Positions 17,424 to 26,306 of a DNA stretch of 64,000 bases are shown here, in pieces. The DNA lies in the IMG/VR virus record IMGVR_UViG_3300034069_002177, positions 1 to 64,000 of that record, one strand, 5' to 3'. The notes below the pieces were generated by a model that was not told the origin of the DNA, made no database searches, and was given only the letters and a program-made list of their open reading frames with translations. A program made the translations under genes and the position numbers. Within the stretch, counting starts at the first letter, position 1. Every line of letters begins with the position of its first letter. This stretch comes from a virus. Taxonomy: Duplodnaviria; Caudoviricetes.

Positions 17424-17735
17424 ATGAGCAAACTAGCAATTAGATCAAGCGACATCGTTTCCGCCCGTATCGACGGTAAGTACATCGTATGGAGTGCAGG
17501 TGAGTTCACGGGTGATGAGACCATCGTCGCTGTAGCTCGTTCTGCTGCCGAACAAGCACTCTCTGTCAACATCAACGGTGAGCCTATTTCCGCAAGCCAC
17601 ACGGACCCTGTAGGGGCATTTGCAGCCATCTATTCCATCAACCCAGACAAGACTGTTGTTATCGAAGCACCACAGCCAGCACTTTCCGTTGCGAAAATTG
17701 GCATCAGTTGGGACAACCCCGACTCGTGGGGTTGA
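17424..17735 (+). CDS. Hypothetical protein
   Basis: TATGAT (17412-17417) lies 6 nt before ATG 17424, favoured over 17379. Confidence 0.6.
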   Translation: MSKLAIRSSDIVSARIDGKYIVWSAGEFTGDETIVAVARSAAEQALSVNINGEPISASHTDPVGAFAAIYSINPDKTVVIEAPQPALSVAKIGISWDNPDSWG

Positions 17736-17766
17736 ACAACCGCCCCGCTGGTAAGATTGATTTACC

Positions 17767-18357
17767 ATGACAACCATCCCCACCCCGATCATCGACAAGA
17801 ACGGTAAATCCACTACCGTTCACAAAAAGGTCGAAACCGCCTCCACTTCGAGAGTTGGCAGCGCACCCATCTCTGCGCCCGCGACTCACAACATCGATGC
17901 ATTGGCATTGGAGCGAGATCAGGCGGACAACCTTCTTGAAGATGTAGGTGAGAACATTGTGGTCAGCAACCACGGTGCGTTCCCCAATCGTCGCCCAACT
18001 GTCTCATTGACCGATATGAGTGATGGTGACGTAGCACGCGGTAACTGTTGGAGCATCGTCAATGAGTTGATTGAAGTAGCTGGTACCGACTACTTTGGTG
18101 ACTATGTTGACGAATTGAACATGCACACCAAGGATGGTCTGAGTCACACCGGTCTTTTCGTCAAGAAAGGTGACAAAGAATATGTCGTTGACTATACCGC
18201 CCGTCAATTCGGTCAGCACCTTGATTTCCCGGTAGTGGCTCCGGTAGAAGAGTGGAAGTTACTCATCGAAAAGTCCTATGGTCAGCCTTTCGAATACACT
18301 CCGGCATCGGACGAAGACGATGATGAAGATTCATATGAATGGTATGACGAAGACTAG
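17767..18357 (+). CDS. DKNG-tag protein with papain/transglutaminase-like Cys-His-Asp domain
   Basis: PTPIIDKNGKSTTVHKK; ARGNCWSI...SHTGLFV...YVVDYTARQF. Confidence 0.65.
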   Translation: MTTIPTPIIDKNGKSTTVHKKVETASTSRVGSAPISAPATHNIDALALERDQADNLLEDVGENIVVSNHGAFPNRRPTVSLTDMSDGDVARGNCWSIVNELIEVAGTDYFGDYVDELNMHTKDGLSHTGLFVKKGDKEYVVDYTARQFGQHLDFPVVAPVEEWKLLIEKSYGQPFEYTPASDEDDDEDSYEWYDED

Positions 18358-18395
18358 AACTTGATTACTCAGGCGCGATGGTCTAGCATTGAATT

Positions 18396-18782
18396 ATGAC
18401 TATTCGCATCTGGCTCGACGACCTCCGGGTTCCTGTCGATCACGACTGGGTCTCGGTTGATACCCTCGAAGAGACCGATGCGTTCTTTGATGCTCAGAAA
18501 AGCGCGCCTGAGGATCAGGACATTTGGGTTTGGGCAAAGACTTCCGCTTCTTGCATCGCTATCCTGGAGCAGTTCCAGAAGCGCGAAATCGAGTACAAAG
18601 AGATCAGCTTCGACCACGACCTCGGCGGTGATGACACTTCTCGCCCCGTCATGTACTGGATCATCGAGAACGAGTTCTTCCCCACTGATGTCGTGTACAT
18701 TCATACCGCAAATCCAATCGGAAACGAGTACCTGACTGGCATGGCAAAACGGTACATGCCGGACCACATCAGAGTCCGCTGA
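18396..18782 (+). CDS. Cyclic-phosphate-processing receiver-like domain protein
   Basis: IWLDDLR, ISFDHDLG, IHTANPIG motifs; leaderless (TAGCAT 6 nt before ATG). Confidence 0.75.
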   Translation: MTIRIWLDDLRVPVDHDWVSVDTLEETDAFFDAQKSAPEDQDIWVWAKTSASCIAILEQFQKREIEYKEISFDHDLGGDDTSRPVMYWIIENEFFPTDVVYIHTANPIGNEYLTGMAKRYMPDHIRVR

Positions 18783-18785
18783 CGA

Positions 18786-18826
18786 AGCAGAAACACCCAG
18801 TTTCCGAACTTGGGTGTTTTCTGTTT
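18786..18826 (+). terminator. Intrinsic terminator
   Basis: AGAAACACCCA ... TGGGTGTTTTCT with T-tract. Confidence 0.7.
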
Positions 18827-18847
18827 TGTGGGTGCTACTCTTTCACC

Positions 18848-19528
18848 ATGAACGCACAGCAGCCGACTTATGTACCGAATCCTGCTCGCGCGCTTGACCT
18901 TGTGGACATCCTCATCGCGGGCGACGAAAGCAGACTTCGCAGTGCCGCCGAACAGGCTTATGCAGCCGGTCGGTTGTACGATCTTGACCTTTCTTGCCTG
19001 GTCCTGATTCACGTCACATTGAATCACTCCGCTAATCTGGGGCATCTTTACGCACACTCCGCCGACACCTGGCGTGAAATTTTTGACATTGCTGCAAAGG
19101 GCAAGAACAGCATCGCTAATCGCTTCGAGATCAACCCTTCGTGGTTTGGTGAAGATGTGATCGGTTTCATGCAGAACTGCGTTCTTCCTGCTATTGGTAC
19201 CGGAGCACCGCGAATTGCTGTTCCTACCGAACGCGGAGATGCAAAAGGCACTCCGTTTGACGAGGTATTCATTCATGTTGCTGCGAGCGCATTCTGTGCA
19301 TTCTCAGTCTTGCAGGGTCTTGCGAGAACTTCTCCGCGATTTGGTAATCTCGCTGCGTTGGTGACCGAACTTAAGGACTACCTGTCGGTTGATGGTTACG
19401 CTGATGGTGAAGTAGACATCTTCACTGATGAGGAAACAAAGGCTGAGCTAGATGCCGAGACCTTTGGCGGTGTACTTGGTGCTCGCCGCGCTCGCAGGGC
19501 TGCTCGATTTAGCGAAAAGACTGCTTGA
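18848..19528 (+). CDS. Helical paralog family member 1
   Basis: YVPNPARALDL; shares a motif pattern with 19525, 20125 and 21158; TGcTACTCT 6 nt before ATG. Confidence 0.7.
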   Translation: MNAQQPTYVPNPARALDLVDILIAGDESRLRSAAEQAYAAGRLYDLDLSCLVLIHVTLNHSANLGHLYAHSADTWREIFDIAAKGKNSIANRFEINPSWFGEDVIGFMQNCVLPAIGTGAPRIAVPTERGDAKGTPFDEVFIHVAASAFCAFSVLQGLARTSPRFGNLAALVTELKDYLSVDGYADGEVDIFTDEETKAELDAETFGGVLGARRARRAARFSEKTA

Positions 19529-20109
19529 TGGCTAGGCGGCAGGTTGTACCTAACCCCGTCTTCGCATTGGATTTGATTGAAAATCAGCTAAAATCGGAGA
19601 CTCAAGGGTTGACGAAGATAGTGAATGAGCGTGTCCGTGAGGCTGATGACTTAGCCCTCATTGATGCCAGTGTTCTTTATGTCCTCAAAGCATTAGAGCA
19701 GCGCGTTCGAAAGTTCGCTAATATCCAGTTCTTCTCTGAAAACACATGGCGCGCAATCATTGGGTTCTCGCAGCAGGTCTCATTCATCACCCCCGAGCTA
19801 AATGCCGAATGGCTCCGCAGTGACATCGATGAATTTCTTTCCGATGTCGTTAGCCCCTGGCTGGGCGCAAGTAATCAAGAGCTTGTTCTTCCAGAGGACA
19901 GTCGAGAGCGCTACACCCCCAATGATGAGTATTTGATCCATGCTATGGCTGTAGTCAATGTAGGTCTTGGTTTTGTTCGTGGCGTTTCTGCGACAATCCC
20001 GAACTACGGCGACGTAACGGCTATCATGGGACGACTTCGTGAGTATTTCAGTTTGATGGAAGCTCGCGGCACCGATTACGAGCCGTTCTCGTGGGATGAC
20101 GGCAGCTAA
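19525..20109 (+). CDS. Helical paralog family member 2
   Basis: VVPNPVFALDL; start overlaps the previous stop (TTG 19525 or ATG 19528). Confidence 0.7.
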   Translation: MMARRQVVPNPVFALDLIENQLKSETQGLTKIVNERVREADDLALIDASVLYVLKALEQRVRKFANIQFFSENTWRAIIGFSQQVSFITPELNAEWLRSDIDEFLSDVVSPWLGASNQELVLPEDSRERYTPNDEYLIHAMAVVNVGLGFVRGVSATIPNYGDVTAIMGRLREYFSLMEARGTDYEPFSWDDGS

Positions 20110-20124
20110 AGGAATGGTATCTTC

Positions 20125-21180
20125 GTGAGTTCAGCACTGTGGGAAATCGAAAACTCCCTACTTCTTCGTTCTGCGTTAGCTAATGATGACGCCACGAGCA
20201 TCATTCGTTATGTCGCTCTGCATGAATTTGCCGCAGAAACATTCAAGGAGGAAGTGGATCCAACTCAGTTGGCGCATTCTGTTGCTCGCCTGAGTGCTGC
20301 TCTGAGTCTTCCAGAGGATACAGCCCCAGATTCCGAGGTTGGAAATATTCTCGGCACCCTCGATCCAATCATCGACATTCCTCGCGTCGCTTCAAACGTC
20401 AAGTACATATTCGATACCGTTGCAGGCGTCGAATCCGCCGTTACGGTGACTATCGCTAACGAAAATGACGTATTCGTATTCGCTCTCGCAACGGCTATTG
20501 CCACCTCATCAGTCATCACTGTAGCCGCCCGTATTCACGAAGCGGAACCTGATGCACTAGCCGATTCTCTGTTAGAAAAGTACCGTTTTATTCCTCCCAA
20601 GCCCCCGCTGTTTGAATACCACGAAGAGAACTTCTTCCCCTACTCCTATACATTCGATGTCGAGCGCGTCATCCGTTTGAACTCCGAGTTCGATGACCAC
20701 AACATCGAAGCACTTCGTCACAAATCGTTTACCGGCACCAAAGACAACAACCTGCCTTTCAGTGATATGAGTCGAAGTCTTGCCGCGTTTGTCTGGGCTA
20801 TCAATCGGACTATCGACTTGCACCGCGATGACACTTTTGTCTACGACTTCAATCGTATCGGCACCGAGCACATCGCTCGTATTGCCCGTTCCTGGGGAAT
20901 CAAGGACATCGATGAACTTGAAGGCACTGTCGAGAGCATCATGAAGGGTATCGGTACCATCTATGACACCGATGAGAAGCTGTACAGCTATCCCGTCCCT
21001 AATGTCGAGTCTGACGAGTACGACAAATTCCGATACACCTTCAACGTAGCCACAGCAGCAATTGCTTCGGCTCACGTGTATCTTTTTGCCTCTAATTTCG
21101 ACTCCACGCAAGATGGAGTGTATGGTGAGGTTCGTCGTACCATCAAGGAAGTGCAGAGTGACAGTGCTGAAAGCGCGTGA
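20125..21180 (+). CDS. Helical paralog family member 3 (probably two domains)
   Basis: 351-aa ORF, AAGGA RBS before GTG; FVFALATAIATSSVI and FRYTFNVATAAIASAHV helices. Confidence 0.7.
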   Translation: MSSALWEIENSLLLRSALANDDATSIIRYVALHEFAAETFKEEVDPTQLAHSVARLSAALSLPEDTAPDSEVGNILGTLDPIIDIPRVASNVKYIFDTVAGVESAVTVTIANENDVFVFALATAIATSSVITVAARIHEAEPDALADSLLEKYRFIPPKPPLFEYHEENFFPYSYTFDVERVIRLNSEFDDHNIEALRHKSFTGTKDNNLPFSDMSRSLAAFVWAINRTIDLHRDDTFVYDFNRIGTEHIARIARSWGIKDIDELEGTVESIMKGIGTIYDTDEKLYSYPVPNVESDEYDKFRYTFNVATAAIASAHVYLFASNFDSTQDGVYGEVRRTIKEVQSDSAESA

Positions 21181-22330
21181 AGAATTACCATTGAACGCTG
21201 ACCCCATCTTGGCGGTCGAAGCAATGGAGGCGCTCCATTCAGACAACATGACGGAACTCACGTCATTTGCCTTGGATCTCCACAATCTTGGTGCCGCCCA
21301 ATTCTTTAGCGTTGGTGTGACTACGGTGAATTTCCTGACTATCAAGGAAATGGAGTTGCGGACGGGTAACCCGAACGCCTATCTTCAGAATGCCCTCACG
21401 TATATCCAAGCTCATGGTGTTGCCTTTGCGAATCACCACTCAGTCGATGCTCACGCCCTAAATCATGAAGTAGAACGCTATCTCAGCGAGACCCTCATGC
21501 CTGTACTTAATGGCGTGGGCAACCTTTCGCTAGACTTTCCCACTGACGCGCCAGAGCATACCCGACAGTATGTTCTTGCCTTGACCTATGTCACGTATGC
21601 CTTCTACATTACGGCTCACGGTTCGGTGACTGGCGGAGAGGTTTCGTTTAATGACCTGCGCAAACAGATTGAGTCTAAGACAGAGCAGTTCATTCAGACG
21701 CCCGAGAACAACCTCGTGGAAATGAATCCCGATGTCCCGCAAGAGCCACTCAATACGAGCCATTTTGGAATCATCAACCGTTCCAGTTTCCAGTCCCCGG
21801 CACATGAAGCAACATCAACCGTTGATGTAAGCATCCCGCTACAGCTATCCGCGTATTACTCCGATTCCAACAAAGACGCCATCAACGAAACGGTAGAGGA
21901 TGTTGCCAGTGGCAAGTTAGACATCGAAGTCCTTCTCAAACCCACACTTCACTTTTGCCGAGCTATTCTCATTATCGTCTTCAATATGACAAGCCAAGCC
22001 GACCGCGATTCTTACATGGCTGCCGCTAATGCCAACATCACTAAATCGCGGATGGAGGGATTGGTGACTCATCGTTTCGGTGTCGAACAGAGGCATATTG
22101 ATGTCGCCATTCAGAGTATTCTCATGACGCTGTCGTCTTTAATGATGAATCATGGCTCCTTCTATGAAGGCAACCTACCCGACCCTGACTCAGCCGAGTA
22201 CCGTGAGACGGTATTCGCGTACATCGTTGGTCTCGGCATGGTTGCTGACGCCTATTCAGTGTTGGTTACCGGTCGTCTTGGTCTTTCCGAGAAAGAATTC
22301 GCGGAGAAACTGTACGAAGTTCTCAACTAG
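21158..22330 (+). CDS. Helical paralog family member 4 (probably two domains)
   Basis: AAGGAAG before GTG 21158; LNADPILAVEAM, YVLALTYVTYAF and TVFAYIVGLGMV helices. Confidence 0.7.
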   Translation: MTVLKAREELPLNADPILAVEAMEALHSDNMTELTSFALDLHNLGAAQFFSVGVTTVNFLTIKEMELRTGNPNAYLQNALTYIQAHGVAFANHHSVDAHALNHEVERYLSETLMPVLNGVGNLSLDFPTDAPEHTRQYVLALTYVTYAFYITAHGSVTGGEVSFNDLRKQIESKTEQFIQTPENNLVEMNPDVPQEPLNTSHFGIINRSSFQSPAHEATSTVDVSIPLQLSAYYSDSNKDAINETVEDVASGKLDIEVLLKPTLHFCRAILIIVFNMTSQADRDSYMAAANANITKSRMEGLVTHRFGVEQRHIDVAIQSILMTLSSLMMNHGSFYEGNLPDPDSAEYRETVFAYIVGLGMVADAYSVLVTGRLGLSEKEFAEKLYEVLN

Positions 22331-22393
22331 ATAGGTTTGACTTTTTGATAGGTCTGGGATATTGTGTCGTCACTAACCACGAAGGACCAACCC

Positions 22394-22666
22394 ATGAACT
22401 TCCCCGCAGCCAACACCACGTACATCTGGCGCATGAACGAGACCGATTTCGCTCTCGGTATTCTCGACTTTGCTTCTGACAACACTATTTCATTGGACAG
22501 ATTCTCTTCCATTCGTGAGGTAGAAGGCGATATGGATACTGCTATCGCCACTGCCAAGAAGGAAAACCCAGAGTTTGCGGTTGAGGTCGTCACCGACGCT
22601 GGGGCTCTATCAATGATCGACCAGATGCACGCCGAAATCCGCGATATGGTCCTCGAAATCGGCTGA
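22394..22666 (+). CDS. Hypothetical protein
   Basis: AAGGA RBS before ATG 22394. Confidence 0.6.
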   Translation: MNFPAANTTYIWRMNETDFALGILDFASDNTISLDRFSSIREVEGDMDTAIATAKKENPEFAVEVVTDAGALSMIDQMHAEIRDMVLEIG

Positions 22667-22740
22667 TAGAGGAATACTTCCAAACTCTCAGACTGCGATG
22701 TCTGGTTGTGTAAGATGACCTTCCAAGGAAGGTTTAATCC

Positions 22741-23379
22741 ATGAGTGAAGTACAGCAACTCCGAGACCAGTTAGAAGAGTTGGGTTTCACGGTTCTCAAT
22801 GACGCCAATGAACAAAATGCAACTTTCGGCGTTCTACCCGTAGAGGCATGGGTGCGTTATACGCCTTATGCACTCATCCCAGTTCCTATGCGCGGCGATA
22901 GTGAGACCGAGCGTTCTTATACGACTCGTATTCACATTGCTGACGAGTCAGTCGAAGCGTTGTACGCACAAGCTGCTGGTCGTGATAGCGAATTCAGCAT
23001 TCCTTCGTTTGATATTGAACCCGAACCAACCCCCGAGCCCGCATACGAAGAGACTCCCGAGCCTGATTACGACTCGGTTATCTACGATGACGAGCAGCCT
23101 GCCGTTATCGTCGTACCCGATTACATCACCGACCCTGACGACGATAATGATTACTACGCGTATATCCCTCCTGTAGTTGAACCAGAGCCGCAGCCGGAGC
23201 CGGAGCCAGAACCCATTGAAGAGCCCGTGGTTGAAGAAGCTCCTACTCCTGTCGAACCTGAAAAGTCAGAAACGAATGATTCGACCGAGTATGCTGAGGT
23301 GGATCGAGCAAAGCTCGTCGAATTGCGTTCACAGGTTCAATCCTTCATCGACACACTCGACGAAATTCTCGGTAAGTAA
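22741..23379 (+). CDS. Acidic Pro/Glu-rich protein with C-terminal helix
   Basis: PEPEPEP tracts; AAGGAAGG RBS; first gene of the run leading into the pilus cluster. Confidence 0.7.
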   Translation: MSEVQQLRDQLEELGFTVLNDANEQNATFGVLPVEAWVRYTPYALIPVPMRGDSETERSYTTRIHIADESVEALYAQAAGRDSEFSIPSFDIEPEPTPEPAYEETPEPDYDSVIYDDEQPAVIVVPDYITDPDDDNDYYAYIPPVVEPEPQPEPEPEPIEEPVVEEAPTPVEPEKSETNDSTEYAEVDRAKLVELRSQVQSFIDTLDEILGK

Positions 23380-23404
23380 CGGAGTCAGTTCCGTATGAAG
23401 CTAG

Positions 23405-24526
23405 GTGGAAAATACTGTGACCTTTGATCCTTTCGCTCCGACACCGGAGAATGACAAGAGCCAAGAGAAGAAGAACGTTTACGGCGATCTTCTGAATACT
23501 GATGGCAACCCGGAAGTAGATAAGAAGCCGAAGTTCGACCCTAACTACACCGGTCCTCAGTGGAACGAAGCACCTACTTCCGCACCATCTAAGCCCGCAT
23601 CGGCACCTAATCCAGAATCACGTCCTGTGAGCGCACCTGAACCCAAGCCTGTGAGCGCACCGGTACCGGAATCTTCTGCTGCCAAGGAACAAGACAGCAC
23701 CGATTCTGATGGTGCCGATAATGTCGATCCAAAAGACCACAAGGTTCTTCGGTCGAAGGCTGACCGTCAGCGCTCCGTAGCTGAGAGAAGTTCACTACCC
23801 AGCATCACACAGCGTGTTTCTGACGCTCGAAATCCTAAGAAGTTTCGACTTCTCATTGCGGCTATCGTTGTTAGTTTCCTCGTTATCGGCGGTGGTGCTG
23901 GTTACGGTGTCTATTACGCATTTAGCAACAAGTCCGATTCGCAGCAGATCCAGAACAACATCCTTAGTAAGGCAACAGTTCCTGGTCTTTCCGATGACCT
24001 CACCGCCAGTAAGATTCTCGCTGCGGCGCGAGTTGAGAAAGTCGAACCTATCTTGAATAAAGAAGCTGAGGCACTCTCGCAGGAAATTAGTGGATACGGT
24101 ACATACAAAACCACTCCTGGTATCTCGACGCAATTATTGACACCTGATGGCACCAAGCTTCCTCTTTATGTCGCTTCATCCAAAACGTATGGAACTGACG
24201 CTAAGCTGACCAACGACCAGAAGCAGAGTATCATTGATACCGTCAACAAGTACGCCGTACCCAAGGGTTACACCAAGTTCGAGTTGGCAAGTGGAATCAC
24301 GTTGGATAGCCCGCAGATTGTCGTCAGCGGAGCAAAGACTGCTAAAGATGGCTCGTTGGAGAGTTACAACGTCATCATCAACACCGCAGCACCGGCTACA
24401 TCCAATTCCACTTCGGTTTCCACTTCGGGCATTTATATCTCCTTCTATTCGTCTCCTCACATCAAAACAGGTGACGATGCAAAATTCACGAAGTACATTG
24501 TCGATTCTTCCGACACTGCTAAGTGA
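23405..24526 (+). CDS. Bitopic membrane protein upstream of pilB (possible alignment-complex component)
   Basis: Pro-rich N-terminus with SAP.P repeats, one TM helix (LLIAAIVVSFLVIGGGAGYGVYYAF), extracellular C-domain. Confidence 0.7.
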   Translation: MENTVTFDPFAPTPENDKSQEKKNVYGDLLNTDGNPEVDKKPKFDPNYTGPQWNEAPTSAPSKPASAPNPESRPVSAPEPKPVSAPVPESSAAKEQDSTDSDGADNVDPKDHKVLRSKADRQRSVAERSSLPSITQRVSDARNPKKFRLLIAAIVVSFLVIGGGAGYGVYYAFSNKSDSQQIQNNILSKATVPGLSDDLTASKILAAARVEKVEPILNKEAEALSQEISGYGTYKTTPGISTQLLTPDGTKLPLYVASSKTYGTDAKLTNDQKQSIIDTVNKYAVPKGYTKFELASGITLDSPQIVVSGAKTAKDGSLESYNVIINTAAPATSNSTSVSTSGIYISFYSSPHIKTGDDAKFTKYIVDSSDTAK

Positions 24527-24573
24527 GACGGCTACACTAACACCACAAGAACGAGCGGATAGGGTAGTAAGCG

Positions 24574-26292
24574 ATGGCTTTTGAACCAACAGAGTCTATG
24601 AAGGCTAATGATTGGCTGAATGGAATCTTCAAGGAAGCTTTCGAACGGGGCGCTAGCGATATCTTCATCGACGCAGTGTATGACGCCCAGGGAGAAATCA
24701 TGTCCTTGGAGCCAGAACTCCGAATTGATGGATGGAACATCAAGGAAGCTCCGCTTACTGATATCCGTGCTAGTCAGGTAATCGTCCTTATCAAGAACGA
24801 ATCAGAAATGGGTACCTCGGCGCTTAATGCCCCCGAGGAAGGTCGATTCCCCTTCAAGTATGAAGGTGGAGCAAACAACCCCGAGGACGCAGAATCGCTC
24901 GACGTTCGTGTCACTATCTTCCCCACGGTTACTGGGGAGTTCATCTCGATGCGTATTCCTCCCGTAGGTGCGCTTCCTGAACTCAGTAGTCTCGGTATTT
25001 CTGAGTACAACATGGGTCGCTTGAAGCAGTTGCTCTCTCGACCTCAGGGTCTTATCGAACTTGCAGGACCGATGGGTTCTGGTAAGACGACCACTATGTA
25101 CTCCGTCATGAAGGTTATCGGTGGAGAGCGTAGCTCGGTTGTCACTGTTGAAGACCCGAAGGAGCGTACGCTTGAAGGTGCCCGCCAGATGGTTATTAAC
25201 CCTCGTGGTGGTATGACCTATGCTGCTGTTCTGAAGTCTCTACTCCGCGTTGTCATGGACGCCATGCTTATCGGTGAAATTCGAGACATGGACACCGCCT
25301 CTGCTGCCGTGAAGTTCGCTACTTCCGGCACCAAGGTTCTCTCGTCCATCCACTCGGGTGATCCTGTTTCGGCTATTGCTCGTACTATCGACCTTTCCGG
25401 TGCTGGTGTTATCGCTGCGATGGAAGCACTCAGCGGCATCATGTCACAGCGACTTATTCGTACATTCCACGACTTCTGCAAGGGTAAGGGTTGTGTTGGT
25501 TGTGAGGGTACCGGCTATAAGGGTCGTATGCCTGTTCACGAGGTTCTCATCAACAGTTCCAGCATCACCGACCTTATGCTTCGTGGTGCTCCACGTAATG
25601 AGGTCCACAAGGCTGCACGTGATGAAGGTATGATTTCCTTCCACGAAGATGCTGACCGTTTGCTCGAAGCGGGTCGTACCGATGTCAAACAGATCGAAGA
25701 CTCGATTGGTTTCGATACCCGCGTACGTCCCAAGGTAGTAGACCTTTCTCCCGCAAGTGCGGATCATCGTCGTGAAGAGGAAGAGCAGGCTCGTCGAGTG
25801 CAGCAGGCTGCTATTACCGGTCGTGGTATTGCCGAAGAGCCTGAAGTACAGCGTCGCGTTCCTGCATCTGCTCCGGCACCTGCTTCCGCACCTCAGCCTC
25901 AGGGACAGCAGTCTGCTCCTACTCAGCCTCAGCGTCAGGGTGTTCAGCAGCCCCAGCAGGCTCCTGGTCAGCAGCGTCCCCAGGTCGCTCAGCGTCCGGT
26001 ACAGCAGCCTACACAGAATGGTCAGCCCCAACAGCGACCAGTTGGTCAGCCTCAGACGACTCAGCAGCGTGCCGCTCAGCAAGGTGCTGGTGCACCTCCG
26101 CAGGGACACCTTCGTCCCGGTCAGCCTACACAGCCTGGTCGTCCTCAGCAGCGCCCCGCACAACCGCAGGGTCAACAGTCTCCAGTCAGTTCTCAGAAAG
26201 CGCCGCAAAGCGCTCCTGGTCAGGCTAAAATCAACCCACAACAGCCAGTGAAACCAGCCGACCCGCTGAACTGGCTTGAAGAAACCAAGTAA
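24574..26292 (+). CDS. pilB: Type IV pilus assembly ATPase, PilB/GspE-like, with Q/P-rich C-terminal tail
   Basis: PEEGRF, RVTIFPTVTGE.ISMRI, GPMGSGKTTT, TVEDP, IGEIRD, CVGCEGTGYKGR.PVHEVL. Confidence 0.85.
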   Translation: MAFEPTESMKANDWLNGIFKEAFERGASDIFIDAVYDAQGEIMSLEPELRIDGWNIKEAPLTDIRASQVIVLIKNESEMGTSALNAPEEGRFPFKYEGGANNPEDAESLDVRVTIFPTVTGEFISMRIPPVGALPELSSLGISEYNMGRLKQLLSRPQGLIELAGPMGSGKTTTMYSVMKVIGGERSSVVTVEDPKERTLEGARQMVINPRGGMTYAAVLKSLLRVVMDAMLIGEIRDMDTASAAVKFATSGTKVLSSIHSGDPVSAIARTIDLSGAGVIAAMEALSGIMSQRLIRTFHDFCKGKGCVGCEGTGYKGRMPVHEVLINSSSITDLMLRGAPRNEVHKAARDEGMISFHEDADRLLEAGRTDVKQIEDSIGFDTRVRPKVVDLSPASADHRREEEEQARRVQQAAITGRGIAEEPEVQRRVPASAPAPASAPQPQGQQSAPTQPQRQGVQQPQQAPGQQRPQVAQRPVQQPTQNGQPQQRPVGQPQTTQQRAAQQGAGAPPQGHLRPGQPTQPGRPQQRPAQPQGQQSPVSSQKAPQSAPGQAKINPQQPVKPADPLNWLEETK

Positions 26293-26306
26293 GGAAAGCT
26301 ACCTAC

